NCBI GenBank assembly: GCA_003230085.1
Contig: QIGV01000154.1
Span: forward strand, 1,702-65,701
Direction: 5' to 3'
From: Gammaproteobacteria bacterium
GTDB taxonomy: Bacteria; Pseudomonadota; Gammaproteobacteria; SZUA-140
DNA length: 64,000 nucleotides
Part shown: one piece after another, positions 1 to 9,367 of the stretch
Numbering within the stretch: the stretch's first letter is position 1
Layout of the letters: each line of letters begins with the position of its first letter
The notes under the pieces: model-generated
Seen by the model: the letters and a program-made list of their open reading frames with translations, nothing else
Database searches by the model: none
Told to the model about the DNA's origin: nothing
Program-made: the position numbers and the translations under genes

Positions 1-1
1 T

Positions 2-577
2 CTGAATAATGCGGGCATCGTCAGTGAAAAAAGTATTATCAAGGCTGATGCCAGTTGTCGGACCAATGTGCCACACATCTTTGCGGTCGGCGATGTGATA
101 GGTGGCCTGATGTTGGCCCACACCGCAGGACAGCAGGGGCGGGTAGCGGCTGCAACGATTACCGGTGAACTAGCAACATATGATCAGGATAAGGATTGCG
201 GGGTAATCTTTACCCGACCCCAGGCTGCATTTGTTGGTTTGTCAGTCGCACAAGCCAAGGCCAATGGTGTGGATGCAGTTGAAGTCAAAATGCCCTTCAG
301 CATTGATGCCAAGGCCATGATTACCAATGAGACACTGGGCATGATCAAGATTGTGGCCGACAAAACCAATCGCCGAATTATCGGCGTTCATTTCCTGGCA
401 GACCATGCAGATACTTTGATCGGTGAGGCTGTGATGATGGTTGCAGGTCATATGACTCTCGACCAGGTTGCCGGCGCTATTCATCCTCATCCCACCCAGA
501 CCGAAATGTTTGGTGAGATGGCGAGACGGTTGCTGTCGCGTTTGAAGCGGTCGGCTAGAAAGGCAGAGAAAAGATAA
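2..577 (+). CDS. FAD-dependent pyridine nucleotide-disulfide oxidoreductase, C-terminal part (dihydrolipoyl dehydrogenase-like); 5' end lies outside the window
   Basis: Frame 2 is open from position 2. It reads ...TNVPHIFAVGDVIGG... followed by a C-terminal dimerisation domain ending HPHPTQTE, typical of the Lpd/Gor/MerA family. Confidence 0.7.
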   Translation: MNNAGIVSEKSIIKADASCRTNVPHIFAVGDVIGGLMLAHTAGQQGRVAAATITGELATYDQDKDCGVIFTRPQAAFVGLSVAQAKANGVDAVEVKMPFSIDAKAMITNETLGMIKIVADKTNRRIIGVHFLADHADTLIGEAVMMVAGHMTLDQVAGAIHPHPTQTEMFGEMARRLLSRLKRSARKAEKR

Positions 578-597
578 AAGAGTATACTGTCCTGTTA

Positions 598-637
598 ACT
601 CCCTCTCCCTCAGGGAGAGGGTTGGGGTGAGGGGGCA
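598..637. repeat. REP-like palindromic element, family 1 (CCCTCTCCC-TCA-GGGAGAGGG then TTGGGGTGAGGGGG), partial copy
   Basis: Direct reading. The same GGGAGAGGG / TTGGGGTGAGGGG motif recurs at 33235, 51592 and 60175. Confidence 0.8.
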
Positions 638-679
638 ATAAGAGAAGCATTGAAAATAGTAGCCTGAAGCACAAACACC

Positions 680-1891
680 ATGTCTGAAATCAAAAAAGTC
701 GTACTTGCCTATTCCGGTGGCCTTGATACCGCTGTCATTCTGCGTTGGCTGCAGGAGACCTATGGCTGTGAGGTGGTTACCTTCACCGCCGACATCGGGC
801 AGGGTGAGGAAGTTGAGCCCGCCCGTGCCAAGGCCGAGGCGTTGGGGGTGAAGGAAATCTATGTCGAGGATCTCTGTGAGGCGTTCGTTCGCGACTATGT
901 TTTTCCCATGTTTCGAGCCAATACCATCTATGAGGGAGAGTACCTGCTGGGTACGTCCATTGCCCGGCCGCTTATTGCCAAACGTTTGGTCGAAATTGCA
1001 ACGGAGACGGGCGCAGATGCCATTTCGCATGGCGCTACTGGCAAGGGGAATGATCAGGTGCGTTTTGAATTGGGCGCCTACGCACTTAAGCCAGATATTC
1101 ATGTGATTGCACCGTGGCGGGAATGGGATCTGAATTCGCGCGCGAAATTGCTGGCATACGCTGAGCAACACGGCATTCCTATTGAAAAGAAACGCGGCAC
1201 GAAATCCCCCTATTCTATGGATGCCAACCTGCTGCATATATCCTATGAAGGTGGGTGTCTTGAAGATCCCTGGTGTGAGCCGGAACAGGACATGTGGCGC
1301 TGGTCTGTTGCGCCGGAGCAGGCACCGGATCAGCCGGTTTATATCGAGCTTTCTTATGCGAATGGTGATATCACAGCCGTCAATGGCGAGGCCATGAGTC
1401 CTGCCATAGTTCTGGCGACCTTGAACCAGCTCGGTGGGCAAAACGGGATTGGTCGCCTTGATATTGTGGAAAACCGCTATGTGGGTATGAAGTCCCGGGG
1501 TTGTTATGAAACGCCAGGTGGCACGATCATGCTCAAGGCACATCGCGCCCTGGAGTCCATTACACTGGACCGTGAAGTCGCCCATCTCAAAGATGAATTG
1601 ATGCCACGTTACGCCAGCCTGATATATAACGGTTACTGGTGGAGCCCTGAGCGGGAGATGCTTCAGAACATGATCGATATGTCTCAGGCAGTAGTGAATG
1701 GCGAAGTGCGCCTCAAGCTGTATAAGGGTAATGTTCAGGTCGTCGGCAGGAAGTCAGATGATAACAGCCTTTTCGACGCAGATATCGCCACGTTTGAAGA
1801 CGATAAAGGAAAATATGATCAAAAGGATGCTGCAGGATTCATCAAGCTCAATGCCTTGCGATTGCGGATCGCAGCACGTTTAAAAAAATAA
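680..1891 (+). CDS. argG: argininosuccinate synthase
   Basis: 403 aa. N-terminus [10 protein letters not shown] (PP-loop) and full-length similarity to type I ArgG. Confidence 0.95.
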   Translation: MSEIKKVVLAYSGGLDTAVILRWLQETYGCEVVTFTADIGQGEEVEPARAKAEALGVKEIYVEDLCEAFVRDYVFPMFRANTIYEGEYLLGTSIARPLIAKRLVEIATETGADAISHGATGKGNDQVRFELGAYALKPDIHVIAPWREWDLNSRAKLLAYAEQHGIPIEKKRGTKSPYSMDANLLHISYEGGCLEDPWCEPEQDMWRWSVAPEQAPDQPVYIELSYANGDITAVNGEAMSPAIVLATLNQLGGQNGIGRLDIVENRYVGMKSRGCYETPGGTIMLKAHRALESITLDREVAHLKDELMPRYASLIYNGYWWSPEREMLQNMIDMSQAVVNGEVRLKLYKGNVQVVGRKSDDNSLFDADIATFEDDKGKYDQKDAAGFIKLNALRLRIAARLKK

Positions 1892-1957
1892 TGACTGCCC
1901 TGATGGATACCAACCGGAATTGATCCAGAAGTACGCCTAATATAGGACTGACCAATC

Positions 1958-2359
1958 ATGACGTATCGTTTTCTATTCATATCACTTTGGCTGGTGTTAA
2001 TCGGTGCCTGCTCGGAGCAGCCAGGCGGCACGGTGCTCCATGCGGGAGATTATACGGTCAGAATAAACACTGACCCCGACCCTCTGGAGGTCGGAGAAAA
2101 GGCGCAGTTTCTCGTCAGCATCTTGAATCAGGACGGCCAGAATATCGATAACTGTCGCGCTGAGTTTCGCCAATATATGCCCGGCATGGAGATGTCTCAG
2201 GATAGCGTGTTCGTGGAATTGGTGGCAGGTAATGGCCGCTATCAAGGACAGAGCAGCGAATTTCGTATGGGGGGTGACTGGGTGCTGGAATTCAAGATTG
2301 CCTGCGCTGGTGATACTCAAGTGCTTAAAATGGAACAGACACTGGAATGGCCGGAGTGA
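1958..2359 (+). CDS. small lipoprotein, possibly a YtkA/FixH-like periplasmic metal-binding domain
   Basis: Signal peptide with lipobox LIGAC and a Met-rich MPGMEM motif. 133 aa. Confidence 0.5.
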   Translation: MTYRFLFISLWLVLIGACSEQPGGTVLHAGDYTVRINTDPDPLEVGEKAQFLVSILNQDGQNIDNCRAEFRQYMPGMEMSQDSVFVELVAGNGRYQGQSSEFRMGGDWVLEFKIACAGDTQVLKMEQTLEWPE

Positions 2360-2373
2360 GCTTAATGTTGTCG

Positions 2374-3960
2374 TTATTGTGATATCAGAAGCCCTGATTT
2401 TGCAAAGAACTTAAGACTGCTTTCCAGACCATTCTCAACAAGCTTATTAAGGTCAGCTCCTTGTGCCGATGCAGTGTTATCGGTGGGTGTGTTGAGAGTG
2501 CCATCTTCATAGAGTGACAGCATTGCCTGATTCAGTTCCCGAATCTGCCGCGTCCCATCCAGAAGGGTTAGTAAATGGCAGGATAATTCATTTATCCCGA
2601 CATTCTCATTCCACGCAGAAACAACAATATTGCCTGACTGCGCCTGAATGCGGGCAAACGGCACGGCTATCGGTCTGTGTCCGGCGTCGTGGTCAACAGT
2701 CGACACAGGAGGCTTGTCGGCGGTAATGTTGATCATGCTGAATGCGCGGGCCTGCAGTAATTTGGTGTACAGCAATGCGACGTCTTGTTCCAGGGCATGA
2801 TCTTTTACCGGGTTTTTCTGATTGTACGCAGGCAGCTGCGTTTCCACCAATTGACAGAATGTCATTGCCTCAGGATAAATAGCGATAAGATGCTTCATAG
2901 CCCCTTGAAATAAAGGGTTTTGTTCGACCATGACACCACCCCCGCTATTTCTGAAGCTGGATATGCCAGTTGATCGCTGGCCATTCGGGGGATCGAAAAC
3001 CTGTGCCATAGAGGAAAAATAAAGCGATTTTGCCGGATTGCTTTCGAGTATCCTGGAGTGTAAAGAAATTTCTTTATGGCAAAATAACGAGCAGCGGAAA
3101 TTACGGTTGACCAGGAAATCAAAATGCTGCTCAAAGTCGATCAAATCCCGAGAAATGGGATTGAGTTTGCTGGATATTTCAGGAGATTGACTAGTGAACT
3201 CCTTGCCGATAAAGGTGGCATCGCCTAAGTACTGAAGGTCAAGCGCCTCTCCCTTTTTTACAATCTCGTGGAAGTAGAAAGCATCATTGATTTCCCCGAG
3301 ATATTCATGAAGTAGATAAGAGTGATTATTGCTGCTGACCTGGGTCTGGATCTGTTTAAGCAGGAACATATAGGCGTTGTTTTGCGTCGGTATGATGCCC
3401 GTAATTTTTTCCAGATAGGCAATTGCCTGGTTCACACCTTCTTCAGGGTCTTTATAATCATTGAATCGGTAGAGCATGATGTCACGTACAGTGCCGTTGA
3501 TATGCCAACCGGGAAGGGTGTTATAACTAAGATAGGCGATACCATTAGGGGTCAACAGTGTTTTGCAGATTTGAAAGACTTTGTCCCGCACATGACCTGG
3601 TATCCATGAATAGATACCGTGGGCAATGATATAGTCAAATTGTCCCATACGCTCATCGATATCCAGAATATCCATGCAGTGTAGCTCGGTATTGCTGAGT
3701 CCCAGCGTCCTGGCGGTTGATTGGGCCGCCTCTATCTGGCGTTCAGAGTTATCGATACCAATAAATTCGCTACCCGGATAAAGTGTTGCTATCGGGAACA
3801 GGTTGCCTCCCTGGGCGCATCCCAGCACTAACACCCGGCAATGATCGACTGCCGTTGGGCTCAGGCCATAAAGGGTACCGATAGCGGCCAGATTCCTCGG
3901 GTGTGCGTTGGGGAATGCGCGGATATCATATGGCACCTTGTCATAGATGTATTCTGTCAT
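2374..3960 (-). CDS. class I SAM-dependent methyltransferase with C-terminal methyltransferase-regulatory domain (PKMT-like), paralog 1
   Basis: 528 aa. N-terminal Rossmann MTase motif VLVLGCAQGGN...IGIDNSERQI...DYIIAHGIYSW, with a long C-terminal domain. About 75% identical to the adjacent gene. Confidence 0.75.
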   Translation of the reverse strand: MTEYIYDKVPYDIRAFPNAHPRNLAAIGTLYGLSPTAVDHCRVLVLGCAQGGNLFPIATLYPGSEFIGIDNSERQIEAAQSTARTLGLSNTELHCMDILDIDERMGQFDYIIAHGIYSWIPGHVRDKVFQICKTLLTPNGIAYLSYNTLPGWHINGTVRDIMLYRFNDYKDPEEGVNQAIAYLEKITGIIPTQNNAYMFLLKQIQTQVSSNNHSYLLHEYLGEINDAFYFHEIVKKGEALDLQYLGDATFIGKEFTSQSPEISSKLNPISRDLIDFEQHFDFLVNRNFRCSLFCHKEISLHSRILESNPAKSLYFSSMAQVFDPPNGQRSTGISSFRNSGGGVMVEQNPLFQGAMKHLIAIYPEAMTFCQLVETQLPAYNQKNPVKDHALEQDVALLYTKLLQARAFSMINITADKPPVSTVDHDAGHRPIAVPFARIQAQSGNIVVSAWNENVGINELSCHLLTLLDGTRQIRELNQAMLSLYEDGTLNTPTDNTASAQGADLNKLVENGLESSLKFFAKSGLLISQ

Positions 3961-4025
3961 TTAATTATTGCCTGATTAACAATTTGATATCTATCGCAGT
4001 TGTAATGGTTCATTAGAGCCAATGA

Positions 4026-5621
4026 CTACTTTGTCAGCAAGAGCCCGGATTTTGCAAAGAATTCAAGACGGCTATCTACCATCTTTTTTATAATCTTAAC
4101 GTACTCGTGGCTCTGTATCGATGCAGTGTTTTCGATGGGAATCTTGAGGCTGCCATTCTCGTGGCGTGATAACATCTCTTTTTTCAGCTCCCGGATTTTC
4201 CGCGTTCCATCCAGGAGGCGCAGTAAATGGCAGTCAAACTCAGTCAATCCGACATTTTCATTCCATGCAGAAACAACAATATTCCCTGACTGTGCCTGGA
4301 CGCGAGCAAACGGTGCAGCGACAAGTTTGTGCTCAGAGGAGTACGCATGGCTAACAGTCACCACAGGGGGTTTGTCGATGGTAATGTTGATCAGGCTGCT
4401 TGACCGCGCCTGTAACAATATTTCGTATAGTAATGCAATGTCTTGTTCCAGGGCCTGGTTATTTTCAGATTGCTGCAGTTTAAATGCCGGCAGTAGAGTA
4501 TCCAGCAGCTGATTGAACGTCACCGCCTCGGGATAAATAGCGATTAGATGCTTCATGGCGCCCTGGAATAAAGGGTTTTGATCAGTCATGACACTACCAA
4601 AGCTATTTTTGAAACTGGATATACCCGTCGATTGCTGGCCATTCGGGGGGGTGACAATTTGTGCCATTGAGGAAAAATAAAGTGGCCTGGCCGGATTATT
4701 TTCGGGTATCTTTGGGCGTATAGAAAGACCTTCGTGACAAAATAACGAACAGCGGAAAACGCGGTTGATCAGAAAATCAATGTGTTGCTCAAAGTCAATT
4801 AAATCCCGTGTGATAGGCATGATCTCTCTGGAAGTTTCAGGGGATTGGCTAGCAAACTCCCGACCGATAAAGGTGGCATCGCCCAGGTACTGAAGACCAA
4901 GCGCCTGCCCCTTTTTTACTATCTCATGGAAATAAAAAGCATCATTATCTCTTTCAAGGTAATCATGCAGTACATAGGCGTGATCTTTGCTGCTGACCTG
5001 TGTTTGCTGGATCAGTTTGAGCAGAAACATATAGGCGTTGCCTTGCGTCGGTATAATGCCCGTAATTTTTTCCAGATAGGCAATCGCCTGGTTCACGCCT
5101 TCTTCAGGGTCTTCATAATCATTGAATCGGTAGAGCATGATGTCACGCACAATCCCGTTGAAATGTCCGCCAGGTAGTGCGTTATAACTGAGATAGGCGA
5201 TGCCATTGGGAGTTAGACGTGTTTTACAAATTTGAAAGACTTTATCCCGCACATGACTCGGTACCCATGAGTAGATGCCGTGGGCAATAACATAGTCAAA
5301 TTGCCCCATGCGCTCATCGATATCCAGAATATCCATGCAGTGCAACTCGGTATTGCTGAGTCCCAGTGTGTCGGCAGTTGATTGGGCCGTTTCTATCTGG
5401 CGTTCAGAGTTATCGATACCGATAAATTGACTGTCTGGATAAAGGGTCGCAACCGGGAACAGATTGCCTCCATGGGCGCATCCCAGCACTAACACCCGGC
5501 AATGATCGACAGCCGTTGGGTTCAGGCCATAAAGGGTGGCGATAGCGGCCAGATTCCTCGGATGGGCGTTGGGATAAGATTGAGTGACATACGGCACCCT
5601 GTCATAGATGTATTCTGCCAA
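4026..5621 (-). CDS. class I SAM-dependent methyltransferase with C-terminal methyltransferase-regulatory domain (PKMT-like), paralog 2
   Basis: 531 aa. Collinear with paralog 1 along the whole length; the same MTase motifs are present. Confidence 0.75.
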   Translation of the reverse strand: MAEYIYDRVPYVTQSYPNAHPRNLAAIATLYGLNPTAVDHCRVLVLGCAHGGNLFPVATLYPDSQFIGIDNSERQIETAQSTADTLGLSNTELHCMDILDIDERMGQFDYVIAHGIYSWVPSHVRDKVFQICKTRLTPNGIAYLSYNALPGGHFNGIVRDIMLYRFNDYEDPEEGVNQAIAYLEKITGIIPTQGNAYMFLLKLIQQTQVSSKDHAYVLHDYLERDNDAFYFHEIVKKGQALGLQYLGDATFIGREFASQSPETSREIMPITRDLIDFEQHIDFLINRVFRCSLFCHEGLSIRPKIPENNPARPLYFSSMAQIVTPPNGQQSTGISSFKNSFGSVMTDQNPLFQGAMKHLIAIYPEAVTFNQLLDTLLPAFKLQQSENNQALEQDIALLYEILLQARSSSLINITIDKPPVVTVSHAYSSEHKLVAAPFARVQAQSGNIVVSAWNENVGLTEFDCHLLRLLDGTRKIRELKKEMLSRHENGSLKIPIENTASIQSHEYVKIIKKMVDSRLEFFAKSGLLLTK

Positions 5622-5646
5622 GGTGTGTCTGCCTGATTAATTCGGG

Positions 5647-6720
5647 TTATTTCTGACGCAGCTGTAGAGGATCATCGGGATCAACGCCTTCCATAAAGGG
5701 AAGCCGGCGGTCGCTATTCGTGATCTGATAGACCTTGCCAATCCAGTTGTTGATAACAGATTCTGCTGTATCGTGCCAGGTATTGTGCAGGGTGCGGGTA
5801 ACCACCTTCTCGGGGAATTCCGGCATGACTTGTTTACTGCTTCTGGCCGCCATGACCTGGTCTTTGTGCTCATCGAGTATGGCCTTGGTTTTCAGGGTAA
5901 AATAATTTTCCGGATAAGGCGGGTAGTCCACACGATCATATTTGGCATAGCGGATGACTTCTCGCTTGTATTCTTTCATTAGACTGATGATGTCATATTC
6001 AGGGTGACCCTGAAAAAAGACAGCCCTGAAAAGATCAGCGCTGACAGCCAGGTGCACACCGGCCTCGCGGCTCTCCACCAGCACATGGAGTCCCGCGGCC
6101 TCAAATTGTTTTCGTCCTACCTGATTGAAGCGGGAGTGAGGAACTTCGAACAGTGTATTGACATCATTCACCAGGGGGTGCTTACGGTCAGTCACCCGGT
6201 GGGTAAACACGCCCCAGCGTTTGGATGGGAGCAGACGGCGTTTTTGACCATAACGAAACTGTAGAACGGCATGAGTGGCCAGGCAGGAACAAAGCGTTGA
6301 TGTGACATTTTCCAAAGCCCAGTCGATGACATCAATCAATGGCTCCCAGAAGGGTTCCAGGGCAAGATCCGGCTGGGTTACATTGGCGCCGGTAATAATC
6401 AATGCATCCAGTCCGCTTTCCTTCAGCTGCTCAAAGGTTTCATAAAAATTCTCGACATATTCGCTAGTTTTGGCACTACGCTTAATCTCCTTCAGGGAGA
6501 AAGGATGCATATAAAACTGTGCGATCTGGTTACTTTCACCCACCAGCCGAAAAAATTGTCGTTCGGTTGCCTCCAGGGCAGCGTCCGGCATCATGTTGAG
6601 CAAGCCGATATGCAGCTCCCGGATGTCCTGCTGCTTTGCACAGTCAGGCGTCAGCACGGTGATGCCTTCCTTTTTCAGTTTTTCAAAAGTCAGCAGGTTT
6701 GATGGGGCTACCAGTGGCAT
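5647..6720 (-). CDS. metA: homoserine O-acyltransferase (MetA family)
   Basis: 357 aa. Collinear with E. coli MetA, including LNLMP, GAP..L.E/DV.YW, HVTSTL and GHPEYD blocks. Confidence 0.9.
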   Translation of the reverse strand: MPLVAPSNLLTFEKLKKEGITVLTPDCAKQQDIRELHIGLLNMMPDAALEATERQFFRLVGESNQIAQFYMHPFSLKEIKRSAKTSEYVENFYETFEQLKESGLDALIITGANVTQPDLALEPFWEPLIDVIDWALENVTSTLCSCLATHAVLQFRYGQKRRLLPSKRWGVFTHRVTDRKHPLVNDVNTLFEVPHSRFNQVGRKQFEAAGLHVLVESREAGVHLAVSADLFRAVFFQGHPEYDIISLMKEYKREVIRYAKYDRVDYPPYPENYFTLKTKAILDEHKDQVMAARSSKQVMPEFPEKVVTRTLHNTWHDTAESVINNWIGKVYQITNSDRRLPFMEGVDPDDPLQLRQK

Positions 6721-6753
6721 CGCTGTTCTCTTATATGATTATTTCAAGGTTAT

Positions 6754-7602
6754 CTATTGGGCCTTGCGCGCGATGGCTTGTTCCACCAGGGCGATAAAGC
6801 CTTCTTCCGAATCCACTCGGGCAAGTTCCTCTGTGGTGATGGTATACCCATATCGGTCTGCAATCGCCTCATAACGGGGAATGCGCGAATAGAAAAGCTT
6901 GGGGAATATCCAGCGTACAAAATCATCAGGATCGATCACGGCGACGTATTGCAGATCTTTTTCCATCATATAGATCGCCAACTGTTCATCCAGGAACGCC
7001 TCGCGGTAATACAGTGGTTTGGGATCGTTCTGGGCGCGCTGAATCAACTCTTGTTCATCCTGAGTCGATGCCTTGATATAGAGAATAAGCGTATGTTCAT
7101 TCAGCACGCGCATCACCTCGGTGCCATCCAGTTCACAGATACTGCCGCCGGCGTCATTGATAAAATTCCTGTAACCGTATATCCCCTGCGCTTTCTGAAT
7201 AAATGCAGGCACATCCATCATGGCGGAGATCTCCGCCTGGCGATGTAGGTCCTGGCGGTGCATGAACTCTTTCAACGGCAGGCCATCCAGTTCAGGATTG
7301 CCTAGCTTGCCTAGAAAGCTGGACACCGGTTGCAGATTATAAACAGTAATGTTGTTATTGATATAAATTGAATCGGTCTGCAAAAGGTCACGCAGGAATG
7401 GGACCTGCATGGCTTTTTGCTTGATATTGTCCAGTATCGCCTCATCCAGATAGCGGGTGCCGATCCGGTAATCTCCAGAAAAATGGAACCAGTTCTGATT
7501 CATCAGCAGATTGGCAAGGCGAGTCTTACCCACACCGGACATCCCCAGCAGGGTAATACATTTATTTTCCCAGTCACGGAATTGATCGACATTCAGCTTC
7601 AT
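6754..7602 (-). CDS. P-loop kinase-like protein of the shikimate-kinase/AAA_33 fold, unknown function
   Basis: 282 aa. Walker A LLGMSGVGKTRLANLL at residue ~18; later a DAGGS block (compare ATGGG in AroK) and a KPLYY block (compare RPLL in AroK). Stop is 34 nt upstream of the metA start on the same strand. Confidence 0.55.
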   Translation of the reverse strand: MKLNVDQFRDWENKCITLLGMSGVGKTRLANLLMNQNWFHFSGDYRIGTRYLDEAILDNIKQKAMQVPFLRDLLQTDSIYINNNITVYNLQPVSSFLGKLGNPELDGLPLKEFMHRQDLHRQAEISAMMDVPAFIQKAQGIYGYRNFINDAGGSICELDGTEVMRVLNEHTLILYIKASTQDEQELIQRAQNDPKPLYYREAFLDEQLAIYMMEKDLQYVAVIDPDDFVRWIFPKLFYSRIPRYEAIADRYGYTITTEELARVDSEEGFIALVEQAIARKAQ

Positions 7603-7670
7603 TCAATATTTCCTGCACATAGAACTGCCATAAATATACCACCAACACCGAATCAGGGGCAGATTTTATG

Positions 7671-7756
7671 AAAAAACCGGGGTCAGACTTAAGTTTTCAG
7701 TGCATTGGCGTGTGTCAAAAGGTAAAAAAGAAACTACAGTCTGACCCCGGTTTTTG
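7671..7756. repeat. hairpin repeat family 2, copy 1 (AAAACCGGGGTCAGACT...AGTCTGACCCCGGTTTT)
   Basis: Inverted repeat with ~13-bp perfect arms and a ~40-bp spacer. Related copies are at 38087 and 59486. Confidence 0.85.
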
Positions 7757-7785
7757 GTACATTTTCTCTAATGCAACAATGATAG

Positions 7786-8082
7786 GTGAAAAACATGAAT
7801 GGTCCCTCTGAAAAGGATGATGGCGTTATTACTGTTCTGATGCAGCGGCTGGAAACCCAGCGACTGCCGCGTGTACTGACACTAAAGGACAAGGTCGACA
7901 ACGGAGAAGTACTGAGTGAGTATGACCTCACGTTTCTGAGCAAGGTTTTTCAAGATGCGAGTCAGGTGAAATCACTTTTCGATCGACACCCTGAATATCA
8001 GGATCTGGCGGCCCGGTTGGTACACCTGTATCGCGAAATTACGGACAAAGCGCTGGAGAACGAGCAGAGTAATAAGCAGTAG
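7786..8082 (+). CDS. hypothetical protein
   Basis: 98-aa ORF in an otherwise empty gap; no recognisable motif. Confidence 0.35.
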   Translation: MKNMNGPSEKDDGVITVLMQRLETQRLPRVLTLKDKVDNGEVLSEYDLTFLSKVFQDASQVKSLFDRHPEYQDLAARLVHLYREITDKALENEQSNKQ

Positions 8083-8233
8083 TTTCATACTGCCTGATAC
8101 GGAGAGGATATATTTTTGAGCTAGTTCTCGATTTCTTTATTTGGTAAGCCTGTTTCGATGACCGTCGAACTTGCAATACTACGTATTATTAGTGGGATTG
8201 CTAAACGACATCTATGTGTCACACGGCTTAATT

Positions 8234-8731
8234 TTACCCGGTCATGGCCTTTTTGGTTTCGTCGAGCGTTATCATTAAGGTCATATCATTCGTCAGAGAT
8301 TTACGAAAACCCCATTGCTGATAAAAATTTCTGGCTTTATCTGTTAGTGCATGAACAAGCAGGGCACGGATCCCTGCCTGTTCTGCAACAATAATAGTGC
8401 GCTGAATGGCGTCCTTCAGCATTCCGGTTCCCATTTGCTTACCTTGCCAATCAACATCAACTGCTAATCGACCCAGTACCATCACGGGTATGGGGTCAGG
8501 CATATTTCGCCGTATTTTTCCTGAAGACTCTTCTCTGGTGATAGCGCCTACTGCTAGTGAGTAATATGCAATAATGGTATTGTCTTCGCACACGACAAAA
8601 GTTCGTGAGGCGCCGCTGTTTTCGTTCTTTATGGCGCGACGCTGCAGCCAGTCATTAAGCGTCGTGTCTCCACAGTCAAAAGCAGTAATATCATGTGTGC
8701 CAGCAATGGGGCAGGGGGCGCTTATTCCCAT
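8234..8731 (-). CDS. GNAT-family acetyltransferase toxin of a type II TA system (TacT/KacT-like)
   Basis: 165 aa. GNAT core LGRLAVD...QGKQMGTGMLKDA. Overlaps the upstream DUF1778 antitoxin gene by 10 nt. Confidence 0.8.
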   Translation of the reverse strand: MGISAPCPIAGTHDITAFDCGDTTLNDWLQRRAIKNENSGASRTFVVCEDNTIIAYYSLAVGAITREESSGKIRRNMPDPIPVMVLGRLAVDVDWQGKQMGTGMLKDAIQRTIIVAEQAGIRALLVHALTDKARNFYQQWGFRKSLTNDMTLMITLDETKKAMTG

Positions 8732-8997
8732 GGCGCTTTGCGCGCCATGAGATTGCGTAGCGTGGGATTGTCTTTGACGGGTGCATCCAGCGTCGCCATG
8801 AAGGCGTTAAAATCCGCCTCGTTGAGTCTGAAGAGTTGCTGATCCAGCAGAATATTTTCGGCTTCGCGGCAGGCGGTTTCCAGCATAAAATCTGAGCGGT
8901 TTTTACCTAGTATAGTGGCGGCCCTGTCAATCAAGCTGCGTTGTGATTCCAGTGCACGCAAATTGATAGGGGCTGTACGGGTTGCGGACTGTGCCAT
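8722..8997 (-). CDS. DUF1778 (RHH) antitoxin, TacA-like
   Basis: Pattern INLR..ES.RSLIDRAA..LG.NRSDFMLE.A...F.AF...LDAP matches TacA. Start taken at MAQSATR, which has a GGAGA RBS; the ORF track begins 20 codons earlier. Confidence 0.75.
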   Translation of the reverse strand: MAQSATRTAPINLRALESQRSLIDRAATILGKNRSDFMLETACREAENILLDQQLFRLNEADFNAFMATLDAPVKDNPTLRNLMARKAPWE

Positions 8998-9062
8998 ATC
9001 GATATCTCCAGGAACGATGATGATGTTTAGTATATTGTATATCGGATAGATATACAATTGCT

Positions 9063-9362
9063 TTATGGATGGCTAGGTGTGTGATGCAACTTTACAGTGC
9101 GCTTATGCGTTATCTTGCCAGCACCAACGGTATCAAGAACATATGTTAATAGCTCGATTTCAGTGTTGCTGATGCTGATGGCAAGCTGATGGTTTTCATT
9201 ACGATGTTTCCGGCACAGCGTCACGGTGCCTTCTCCGTCAATCAGGCCGGCAATGTAGGCGGTATCGGTGGGTGAAAGCGGATTGACTGTTCGGTAAGAA
9301 ACCATCCTTGGTTCTCTCTTGTAGTAGACAATAAAATGGCCCTGGCATCTTTCCAGGGCCAT
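9063..9362 (-). CDS. truncated single-motif LAGLIDADG homing-endonuclease-like ORF (probable remnant)
   Basis: YIAGLIDGEGTV motif followed by HQLAISI...LLTYVLDTVGAGKI, collinear with the beta1-beta2-alpha region of I-CreI-type enzymes. Only 99 aa, and it ends where the fold should continue. Confidence 0.55.
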   Translation of the reverse strand: MALERCQGHFIVYYKREPRMVSYRTVNPLSPTDTAYIAGLIDGEGTVTLCRKHRNENHQLAISISNTEIELLTYVLDTVGAGKITHKRTVKLHHTPSHP

Positions 9363-9367
9363 GCTGT

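Noticed and set aside
242-1585. 447-aa minus-strand ORF overlapping argG
   Set aside because: It is entirely antisense to the well-conserved argG. Its N-terminal region (PLTPTLS) is simply the translation of the REP-like element.
8158-8394. 78-aa plus-strand ORF overlapping the 3' end of the GNAT toxin gene
   Set aside because: It is antisense to a gene with clear family motifs and has no independent support.
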